From Trichlorobacter lovleyi SZ (GTDB taxonomy: Bacteria > Desulfobacterota > Desulfuromonadia > Geobacterales > Pseudopelobacteraceae), in the NCBI RefSeq assembly GCF_000020385.1, contig NC_010814.1, positions 3,150,001-3,182,000 on the forward strand: a stretch of 32,000 nucleotides of DNA. Reading direction: 5' to 3'. The notes under the pieces were generated by a model. The model made no database searches. It was given only the letters and a program-made list of their open reading frames with translations, and was not told where the DNA came from. Positions within the stretch are counted from its first letter, which is position 1. Each line of letters begins with the position of its first letter. The translations under genes and the position numbers were made by a program. Shown here in pieces: positions 1 to 6,325 of this stretch.

Positions 1-250
1 AGCAACGCCGCACGCACGTTATATTGAGGTCAGCGATAGCGGGTCAGGTATCCCGGCTGAGCTGCTGCCCCATGTCTTTGAACGATTCGCCAAGGGAAAG
101 GATGGCGGCCTGGGCTTGGGACTGGCCATTGTCAAAGAGCTGGTTGCCGCCCACAACGGCACTATTGCCGCCAGCAGCTCACCCGGCAACGGCACCTGTT
201 TCCGCATTACACTACCTGCTACTACCGGAGGACTGCATGAGCATGACTAA
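1..250 (+). CDS. sensor histidine kinase, C-terminal fragment (5' end outside window)
   Basis: Frame 2 is open from the window edge to TAA 248-250. Translation ..YIEVSDSGSGIPAELLPHVFERFAKGKDGGLGLGLAIVKELVAAHNGTIAASSSPGNGTCFRITLP carries the HATPase_c G1 (DxGxG) and G2 (GxGLGL) boxes. It is absent from the ORF track because there is no start codon in the window. Confidence 0.85.
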   Translation, partial: ATPHARYIEVSDSGSGIPAELLPHVFERFAKGKDGGLGLGLAIVKELVAAHNGTIAASSSPGNGTCFRITLPATTGGLHEHD

Positions 251-890
251 AGAACTGACTGACTGGAGCTGGGAACAAAAATGCCAGAAGGCGGTGGAGG
301 CCCTGGGGACCAACGGCTTTACCGCCGTCTACTGCCGGACCCCTGACGATGCCCGGAGCTATATCCTTGAGGCAGCAGCCGATGCCGCAAGCATCGGTTT
401 TGGCGGTTCCATGACCATTAGCGACCTGGCGGTTCAGCAACCCCTTGCCGATCAGGGCAAAGAGATCCTCAACCACGGCAGCAGTGCCTTGTCGCGGGAC
501 CAGAAGATGGAGATCATGCGCCGCCAACTGACCTGCGACCTGTTTCTCTCCGGCAGCAATGCGCTTACCATCTCAGGAGAGCTGATCAACATTGACGCAA
601 CCGGCAACCGGGTGGCAGCCATGTTCTTCGGCCCCCGCAGGGTGATTGTGGTGGTGGGCCGCAACAAACTGGTGGATGGCACACCGCAGGAGGCGATTCA
701 GCGGGTAAAACAATGGGCAACCCCTCCCAATGCCAAACGACTCAGCTTCAACACCCCCTGCGCCAAGACCGGTTTTTGCAGCGACTGTAACTCACCTGAC
801 CGCCTCTGCCGGGTTACTACGATCATTGATCGCAAACCCCGCTTTACCGACCTGCGGGTTCTGGTGGTCAACGCTGACCTCGGTTTATAA
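237..890 (+). CDS. LUD-domain protein (LutC/YkgG-like lactate-utilisation family) with C-terminal 4-Cys motif
   Basis: The track ORF 24-890 is trimmed to ATG 237, which has GGAGGA at 224-229 upstream. The upstream part overlaps the kinase tail in another frame. GFGGSMT, LFLSGSNALTISGELINIDATGNR and VIVVVGRNKLV are typical of LUD-domain proteins. The C-terminus has C-x5-C-x2-C-x6-C (CAKTGFCSDCNSPDRLC). Confidence 0.7.
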   Translation: MSMTKELTDWSWEQKCQKAVEALGTNGFTAVYCRTPDDARSYILEAAADAASIGFGGSMTISDLAVQQPLADQGKEILNHGSSALSRDQKMEIMRRQLTCDLFLSGSNALTISGELINIDATGNRVAAMFFGPRRVIVVVGRNKLVDGTPQEAIQRVKQWATPPNAKRLSFNTPCAKTGFCSDCNSPDRLCRVTTIIDRKPRFTDLRVLVVNADLGL

Positions 891-902
891 CTGCCGGCAG
901 CC

Positions 903-1634
903 ATGCAGCACTTTCTCCGCACGCTCGCAACCGCCCTGCAGGATCTGCTGCTGCCACCGCGCTGCCATATCTGCCACAAACCGGTCCCCGATGCGGGCAG
1001 ACTGCATATCTGCCCGGACTGCCGGGTGGGCCTGCCACTCGCAGGCTCACCGGTCTGCTCTATCTGCGGCATCCCCTTTCAGTCTGCCGGGGATGATCAC
1101 CCCTGCAGCCGTTGTATCGCTGCACCGCCACCCTATACGGCAGCCAGGGCCGCATTGCGCTATGAAGGTGCCTGCCGCGACCTGATTCACCACTTCAAAT
1201 ACAATGGCAAATCATACCTGCGATGCCCTCTGGGACTTATAACGGCAGAACTGCTGGCCCCGTTTGTAGCCGCCCAGCAACCAGACCTGCTGGTGCCGGT
1301 GCCGCTACACCCCAGCCGTCTGCGAAGTCGCGGCTTTAACCAGGCGGTGCTGTTGGGGGATCTGCTCTCCCGCCAATGGCAGATTCCGCTGCTGCGACAG
1401 GGTCTAAAGCGGACCCGCCCCACGCCCCCCCAGATAGAGCTGAGCCGTGAACAACGCTCCACCAACCTGCGGGGAGCCTTTGCCGTCACGACCCCGGACA
1501 GTGTCAACAATCGCCATGTCATGCTGGTGGATGACGTCTTTACCACCGGCAGCACCCTGGCAGAATGCGCTCTGGTGCTGCAGCGGGCAGGCTGCCACAC
1601 CGTATCGGCGGTTACCGTTGCCCACGCACCCTGA
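903..1634 (+). CDS. comF: ComF-family protein (double zinc ribbon + phosphoribosyltransferase domain)
   Basis: N-terminal Cys pairs are CHIC..CPDC and CSIC..CSRC. The C-terminal PRTase signature is VMLVDDVFTTGSTL. The RBS is weak. Confidence 0.8.
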   Translation: MQHFLRTLATALQDLLLPPRCHICHKPVPDAGRLHICPDCRVGLPLAGSPVCSICGIPFQSAGDDHPCSRCIAAPPPYTAARAALRYEGACRDLIHHFKYNGKSYLRCPLGLITAELLAPFVAAQQPDLLVPVPLHPSRLRSRGFNQAVLLGDLLSRQWQIPLLRQGLKRTRPTPPQIELSREQRSTNLRGAFAVTTPDSVNNRHVMLVDDVFTTGSTLAECALVLQRAGCHTVSAVTVAHAP

Positions 1635-1672
1635 ATTCATACGTAATCATTGGATAATCCAGCCCAAAGTTC

Positions 1673-1701
1673 TTGACAATGACACTGCAGTATCATATAC
1701 C
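1673..1701 (+). promoter_or_regulatory. candidate sigma-70 promoter upstream of the Rrf2 gene
   Basis: TTGACA at 1673-1678, a 17-nt spacer, then TATACC at 1696-1701 (4/6 to TATAAT). It lies 35 nt upstream of ATG 1736. Confidence 0.3.
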
Positions 1702-1735
1702 GATAACCGTAAACAGATTTTCAGGAGGATTGTGT

Positions 1736-2212
1736 ATGCGGTTATCTACCAAGAGTCGCTATGGTCTGCGGGCCCTTTTTGATATTGCGTATCACACGGG
1801 CACAGCACCGGCGCAAATCCAGGACATATCACGCCGTCAGCTGATTTCCCCCCGGTATCTGGAACAGATCTTCCAGAACCTGAAAAAAGCAGGAATCCTG
1901 AAAAGCAAACGAGGCCCCCAAGGCGGTTACACCCTGGCAAGGACACCGGATCAGATCACGGTACTTGAAGTCATCCGGGCCACTGAACAGGACGCACTGC
2001 TGGTGGATTGTGCCGGCCAGGGCAAGAAAACCCGCCGCCGCAAAAATGAGTGCCCTTTTGAAGGTAACTGTGTGACCCAGACCGTCTGGAAAGATGCCAA
2101 TGACCTGCTGGCCGAGCTGTTTGGCAAGCTGACCCTGGAGACCCTCTGCCAGCGCGGCCAGGAGATGGGGATCGAGAAGGATCAGGCCAGCAAGATGATG
2201 TACTATATCTGA
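1736..2212 (+). CDS. Rrf2-family transcriptional regulator (probable Fe-S cluster type)
   Basis: Start moved to ATG 1736, with AGGAGG at 1724-1729. MRLSTKSRYGLRALFDIAYH is the canonical Rrf2 winged-helix N-terminus. There are three Cys in the arrangement C-x13-C-x5-C (DCAGQGKKTRRRKNECPFEGNC). Confidence 0.85.
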   Translation: MRLSTKSRYGLRALFDIAYHTGTAPAQIQDISRRQLISPRYLEQIFQNLKKAGILKSKRGPQGGYTLARTPDQITVLEVIRATEQDALLVDCAGQGKKTRRRKNECPFEGNCVTQTVWKDANDLLAELFGKLTLETLCQRGQEMGIEKDQASKMMYYI

Positions 2213-2255
2213 CCTCGGACCCGCTTGCGTCACCGCTGCACCACCACCGGGAATT

Positions 2256-3041
2256 GTGATCCACTACCAGCGCCTGAAAGCCATCCTGACCCGTTCAACC
2301 CCTCTTGCCGTAGCCTTTTCAGGAGGGGTTGACTCTACCCTGCTGTTGAAGGTTGCCCATGACACCCTGGGCGACCGTTGCTGCGCCATCACGATTGATG
2401 CCCCTTATCATTTCAGACAGGAACAGGACGATGCAACCAGGTTTGCCCGCCAGATCGGGGTCCGCCACCTGATCATCCCCTTTGCCCCTGCCAGCGTGCC
2501 GGACCTGCTCAACAACCCGCCTGAACGCTGCTACCTGTGCAAGCAGGCCCTGCTCAAGGACTGTTTCGTCGCCCTCCCACCGCACTGGAATCTGGCTGAC
2601 GGCAGCACCTGTGACGACCAGAAGGCCCATCGCCCCGGCAGCAGGGCGCTTGCCGAGCTGGGGGTACGCAGTCCCCTCACCGAAGCCGGCTTCAGCAAGC
2701 AGGATGTACGCCTGCTCAGCAGACAGCTGGAGCTACCCGACTGGGACAGACCGGCTCAAAGCTGCCTGCTGACCCGCTTCCCCCACCATACGGACATTAC
2801 CCCGCGGGCACTACAACAGGTTGAGCAGGCCGAAACAGCGATCAAGGGACTGGGGTTCCGCGTGGTGCGGGTGAGAAGCCTGGGAACAATGGCCAGGCTT
2901 GAGTTTGAAAAAGGGGAGCTGGCACAGGCCAAACTCCCCGGAGTATGTGATCAACTTGAGGCTATCTGTAGAAACGCCGGTTTTACAGAGGTCAGCCTTG
3001 ATCCGGCAGGCTACCGCAGTGGCAGCATGGATCAGAACTGA
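2256..3041 (+). CDS. larE: LarE-like PP-loop ATP pyrophosphatase / sulfur transferase (TIGR00268-type)
   Basis: GTG start. The PP-loop is AFSGGVDST. It also has RCYLCK (CxxC) and SCLLTRF, which corresponds to the LarE active-site Cys region. The C-terminal pattern is RVRSLGTMARLE. Confidence 0.7.
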   Translation: MIHYQRLKAILTRSTPLAVAFSGGVDSTLLLKVAHDTLGDRCCAITIDAPYHFRQEQDDATRFARQIGVRHLIIPFAPASVPDLLNNPPERCYLCKQALLKDCFVALPPHWNLADGSTCDDQKAHRPGSRALAELGVRSPLTEAGFSKQDVRLLSRQLELPDWDRPAQSCLLTRFPHHTDITPRALQQVEQAETAIKGLGFRVVRVRSLGTMARLEFEKGELAQAKLPGVCDQLEAICRNAGFTEVSLDPAGYRSGSMDQN

Positions 3042-3904
3042 TACATGAGCAACATGCCGCCACCGGCTGCCGGGCTGGCATCGGTAAAGCCGGCCAGGGC
3101 GTAGAGCTCCCATGATATCCGGCGTGACTGCAGAAAGTTAAGCTTCACACGCCCCTCAACCGGTGCCGTACCACCCTCTACCCTGGTAGACGATCCCTTG
3201 GCAAACAACGAGACAAACAGCCGGTCCATTGCCTGCAGACCGGCGCCCGCACTGTAGCTGACGTAGTTTTTCCCCTGATAACTGCTGGTACTGCCTTGGA
3301 AGATATAGGCCGCGTCAGCAAACAGCTGGACATCCCCCAGCCATTTTGAGACCGACAGGCCGGGGCCCGCCTCAAGAGTACCGGTGCCCAGTCCACGATC
3401 CTTATCACCGGTCGGGGCCTTCAGATACAGGGTAGGCCGGATCTTCGGACTCTGTTCCCCATCCGGCAGCACCGTCCAGCCGACAGAAAGACTGATATCC
3501 CCCAGCCCTGCCTCAGTGGTGGTTGTCGTTGTTGTCACAGTGCTGGTGGTGGTTGTACTGCCGCTTCTGCGCCCCCGGCCTGCACCGCCGGACTGGGTTA
3601 CTACAAAGCCTGACCCGCTTTTGCTGGATAAAAAGACCATTGGCAGTTCAAGAGTCATATCAATGGCCTCAGTCGGGTTAACGGCCACCAGCACCGGCAG
3701 TGTCACCACTGTTGCACCGGCATTGCTGCCATAGTCTCCATAGGAAACCTCGGCACCGATGCCGGCAGCAAATGAGACCCCCTGCCCCAGACGATGTTCA
3801 CTATCTTCAGCCCGGACTATACCGGCTGTCAGCACGATACCCAGACCGAGCACAAAGCCGGAGATAATGCCGCAAACCTGCCTGCCATCAAGAAAACTGT
3901 TCAC
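3032..3904 (-). CDS. outer-membrane beta-barrel protein, MetA-pathway/'transporter' family-like, with poly-Thr insert
   Basis: GTG start preceded by GAGGGGGG. The N-terminus is hydrophobic and ends ..VRAED. Amphipathic strands alternate along the sequence. It has a YLKAPTGDKD motif and the C-terminal aromatic end LLMYQF typical of OM barrels. There is an internal GRGRRSGSTTTTSTVTTTTTTTE insert. Confidence 0.6.
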   Translation of the reverse strand: MNSFLDGRQVCGIISGFVLGLGIVLTAGIVRAEDSEHRLGQGVSFAAGIGAEVSYGDYGSNAGATVVTLPVLVAVNPTEAIDMTLELPMVFLSSKSGSGFVVTQSGGAGRGRRSGSTTTTSTVTTTTTTTEAGLGDISLSVGWTVLPDGEQSPKIRPTLYLKAPTGDKDRGLGTGTLEAGPGLSVSKWLGDVQLFADAAYIFQGSTSSYQGKNYVSYSAGAGLQAMDRLFVSLFAKGSSTRVEGGTAPVEGRVKLNFLQSRRISWELYALAGFTDASPAAGGGMLLMYQF

Positions 3905-3928
3905 AATTCCCCCCTCGTATCAAATACA

Positions 3929-4444
3929 TCAGCGTCCCCTCCGGCCGCTGCCTGTTCCGCCGCGCTGTTGCTGGCCTGCTGTTCCCTGCTGACCACCTTT
4001 AAAACCACCGGCCCAGCCGGGACGGCCGTTTTCGTTGCGCAACAGCAACTGAGCGCCGGATGGACTGCTGACCCACTGGGCCAGCAGGTAGCTGCGGCCA
4101 TCCTTACCCTGGGCCTTTGAACCGCGCATCGTTATACTGTCGCCGCTCTTCCAGTCAAGAGAATCATCCTGCAGATACCAGCGTGGTCCCAGCACAACAA
4201 TCACCCGCTCAGCCCCCACAGCCACCACAACCGTTACCGGATCGAGCTCCGGATCAACAGGGGCCGCAACACGGCCGGTAACCGTTATCACCGTGTTGCG
4301 GTCATATCCCTGCACCAGATCCAGGCCGCTTGTCCCTCCATCGTTACCGGAACCAAAGCCCCAAAAGGCTTCGGCCGGCCTCTGCAGCATGAGCACCACA
4401 CCCACTGCCACGATCAAGAAAAAGAAATGCCTGGTTCCGCTCAT
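3929..4444 (-). CDS. secreted hypothetical protein (171 aa) with Gly/Gln/Arg-rich C-terminal tail
   Basis: GAGGA lies 9 nt upstream of the ATG. The signal peptide is FFFLIVAVGVVLMLQRPAEA|F. A beta-rich core (VITVTGRV..VVVAVGAERVIVVLGPRWY..GDSITMRGSK) is followed by GGFKGGQQGTAGQQQRGGTGSGRRGR. The gene starts 17 nt after the previous gene and ends 24 nt before the next. Confidence 0.6.
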   Translation of the reverse strand: MSGTRHFFFLIVAVGVVLMLQRPAEAFWGFGSGNDGGTSGLDLVQGYDRNTVITVTGRVAAPVDPELDPVTVVVAVGAERVIVVLGPRWYLQDDSLDWKSGDSITMRGSKAQGKDGRSYLLAQWVSSPSGAQLLLRNENGRPGWAGGFKGGQQGTAGQQQRGGTGSGRRGR

Positions 4445-4461
4445 TGCTCGCTGTCCTCTGG

Positions 4462-4779
4462 TTACTGCGCGGTCGTTGTAGTCGGTGTTGTTGCGTGAAT
4501 ACCGGTCCCATCCATGACGCCACGGCCATTGGCCGGCCGGGTTGTGGAACCGTTAGCCGTAGTACCGGTTGTCAGGAAAGTGCCGTCACGGCGTTGTGAG
4601 CCTTCCGGACGGACCTGGGTCTGAGCAGCGGTTTGTGTTGCCGTACGGGTCTGGGTCATGCTGCCATGCCCCATGGCAGCTCCATTCCGGGCACCGCCGC
4701 CACGGGCAAATGATTCGCCGCCAAAGGCCAGAACTACGGTCAGAACTGCTGCTGCCATCAGAAATGCACTCGTTTTCAT
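4462..4779 (-). CDS. small secreted Thr/Gly-rich low-complexity protein (105 aa)
   Basis: AAGGAG RBS (GAACAAGGAGAAACAACCATG on the minus strand). The signal peptide is MKTSAFLMAAAVLTVVLAFGGESFA|R. By my count about 20 of ~80 mature residues are Thr, and the protein ends TTPTTTTAQ. There is no hydrophobic core. Confidence 0.55.
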   Translation of the reverse strand: MKTSAFLMAAAVLTVVLAFGGESFARGGGARNGAAMGHGSMTQTRTATQTAAQTQVRPEGSQRRDGTFLTTGTTANGSTTRPANGRGVMDGTGIHATTPTTTTAQ

Positions 4780-4832
4780 GGTTGTTTCTCCTTGTTCAGT
4801 AGTTCGAGATCAACTCTCGATAACCAAACCGG

Positions 4833-4850
4833 TTACAGCAACCATGCCAA
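4833..4850 (-). promoter_or_regulatory. degenerate sigma-54 -24/-12-like element
   Basis: The minus strand reads TTGGCAT-GGTTG-CTGTAA. The -24 TGGCAT is good. The canonical 12-nt register gives GT instead of GC at -12, and an in-line TTGC sits 3 nt too early. It lies about 55-70 nt upstream of ATG 4779 and about 97 nt downstream of the dyad at 4924-4965. Confidence 0.3.
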
Positions 4851-4867
4851 CCCCTCACAAGGCTGAT

Positions 4868-4880
4868 CAACCTGTTGATA
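4868..4880 (-). promoter_or_regulatory. IHF-like site (WATCAANNNNTTR) between the dyad and the -24/-12-like element
   Basis: The minus strand reads TATCAACAGGTTG, which matches WATCAA-N4-TTR. It is embedded in the palindrome ATCAAC-NN-GTTGAT. Confidence 0.3.
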
Positions 4881-4923
4881 TCACTTAAGTCAGACTAAAC
4901 AAGCCCGATGAGTGCAACCATCT

Positions 4924-4965
4924 GCGGTGCAAAAACTGCACTTCTTGTTGCAGCTTTTGCACCGC
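4924..4965 (-). repeat. 17-bp-stem inverted repeat (8-nt loop) directly after the response-regulator stop; either a UAS-like dyad or an RNA stem-loop
   Basis: GCGGTGCAAAAACTGCA cttcttgt TGCAGCTTTTGCACCGC. It has four TGCA cores (4928, 4937, 4949, 4958), with GGTGCA/TGCACC outer half-sites. The single mismatch is G.U on the minus-strand RNA but A.C on the plus-strand RNA. Confidence 0.8.
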
Positions 4966-4969
4966 TGCC

Positions 4970-6325
4970 TCAAGACTCGATCAGACCATACTCCTTGAGT
5001 CGGTACTGCAGCGTCCTTTTCGAGATCCCCAATTTTTCAGCAGCCAACCTGCGGTTGTTACCGCAGGTTGCCAGCGCATCCAGAATATCGTTTCGCTCAC
5101 GATCCCTCAGACTGCCATTCGACTTGGGAATCACGCCGGAGGCCGTTACCTGCCGCACCCCGCCAGGCAGATCCAAAAGCGTTACCTGTCCCTTGCAGAG
5201 GATAACCGCCCGTTCAATCACATTCTGCAGCTCTCGGATGTTGCCGGGCCAGCCATACTCTGCAACTGCAGCCAGTGCCTGCTGTTCGATATCCTGCACC
5301 TCACGACCGGTCTGGATGGCCGCACGCCGCAGCAGGTAGCGCACCAGAACCGGCAGACCGTCGCGTCGGTCACGCAGTGCCGGCAGGTGAATCGGAAAGA
5401 CATGCAGGCGGTAGTAAAGATCCTCCCGGAAGCGGCGTACCCTGACCTCTTCCTCCAGGTCGCGGTTGGTGGCGGCAATGATCCGCACATCGGCCCGCAG
5501 CTCACGGTTACCTCCCACCCGTTCAAAGACCCGTTCCTGCAATACACGCAAGAACTTCGACTGCAGCGCCAGCGGCAGCTCGCCGATTTCATCCAGAAAG
5601 AGGGTGCCGCCCGATGCCAGTTCAAACTTGCCCTGACGGGCCTGGGTCGCACCGGTAAAGGCCCCTTTTTCATGGCCGAACAGCTCACTCTCAAGCAGGG
5701 TCTCCGGAATGGCGGCACAGTTGAGTGCCACAAAGGGGGCATCCCGGCGGGGACTGGCCCGGTGGATCATCCGGGCAGCCAGCTCCTTGCCGGTACCGGA
5801 CTCACCGCTAATCAGCACTGTGGCCTGGGTCGGGGCCACATCAGCGATCAGCGTGCGTACCTGCTGCATGGCCTGTCCCGCAAACAGCACCTCATCCGGC
5901 GGCAGACCGGCCGTATCCCGTTCCTGCAAGACCTGCAGGCTACGCTCCTGCATACTGACGGCCAGGGTACGACGCACCAGGACACGCAGGGTAGCGGGAT
6001 CTTTCAGCGGTTTGGTCAGAAAGTCAGCCACCCCTTCCTTCATGGCGGCAACCGCCTCCTCCACCGTTCCGAAGGCGGTCAGCAGGACAAACGGCGGCGC
6101 AATCCCTTCCGCCTGAGCCCGGCGAAACAGCTCAAGCCCGTTCAGGCCGGGCAGGCGCAGATCTGACAACACCAGGTCAAAGGACTGCCGCTGCAATGTC
6201 TTGAGCGCCGCCTTGCCATCCTCCCGCTCCACCAGTTCATACCCCTCATCATCAAGGATTGCCGCCAGCAATGAACGAAAGGTGGCATCATCCTCCACCA
6301 GCAGGATCCGCGCTGTTTTGCTCAT
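4970..6325 (-). CDS. sigma-54-dependent Fis-family response regulator (NtrC class: REC + AAA+ + HTH_8)
   Basis: AGGAG RBS. The REC domain has [14 protein letters not shown]. The AAA+ domain has Walker A GESGTGKE, the GAFTGA loop (EKGAFTGA), and Walker [10 protein letters not shown]. The C-terminal Fis-type HTH is [20 protein letters not shown]. Confidence 0.95.
   Translation of the reverse strand: MSKTARILLVEDDATFRSLLAAILDDEGYELVEREDGKAALKTLQRQSFDLVLSDLRLPGLNGLELFRRAQAEGIAPPFVLLTAFGTVEEAVAAMKEGVADFLTKPLKDPATLRVLVRRTLAVSMQERSLQVLQERDTAGLPPDEVLFAGQAMQQVRTLIADVAPTQATVLISGESGTGKELAARMIHRASPRRDAPFVALNCAAIPETLLESELFGHEKGAFTGATQARQGKFELASGGTLFLDEIGELPLALQSKFLRVLQERVFERVGGNRELRADVRIIAATNRDLEEEVRVRRFREDLYYRLHVFPIHLPALRDRRDGLPVLVRYLLRRAAIQTGREVQDIEQQALAAVAEYGWPGNIRELQNVIERAVILCKGQVTLLDLPGGVRQVTASGVIPKSNGSLRDRERNDILDALATCGNNRRLAAEKLGISKRTLQYRLKEYGLIES

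Noticed and set aside
24-236. N-terminal 71 codons of the 288-aa track ORF 24-890
   Set aside because: This stretch overlaps the well-supported kinase C-terminus in another frame, is Pro/Trp/Ala-rich with no domain, and a GGAGGA-preceded ATG at 237 starts the recognisable LUD domain.
4780-4969. GEMM-I/c-di-GMP-type riboswitch in the long leader of the secreted-protein operon
   Set aside because: I found no GGCAAACC / ACGCAAAGC-type conserved blocks or tetraloop-receptor arrangement on the minus strand. The only strong structure is the simple 17-bp hairpin.
5218-6166. ORFs 5387-6166 (+), 5709-6116 (+) and 5218-5742 (-) within the sigma-54 regulator gene
   Set aside because: These are shadow ORFs typical of high-GC DNA (antisense or alternative frame). 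Their translations are Gln/Gly/Arg/His-rich with no motifs, while the regulator frame carries complete REC, AAA+ and HTH signatures.
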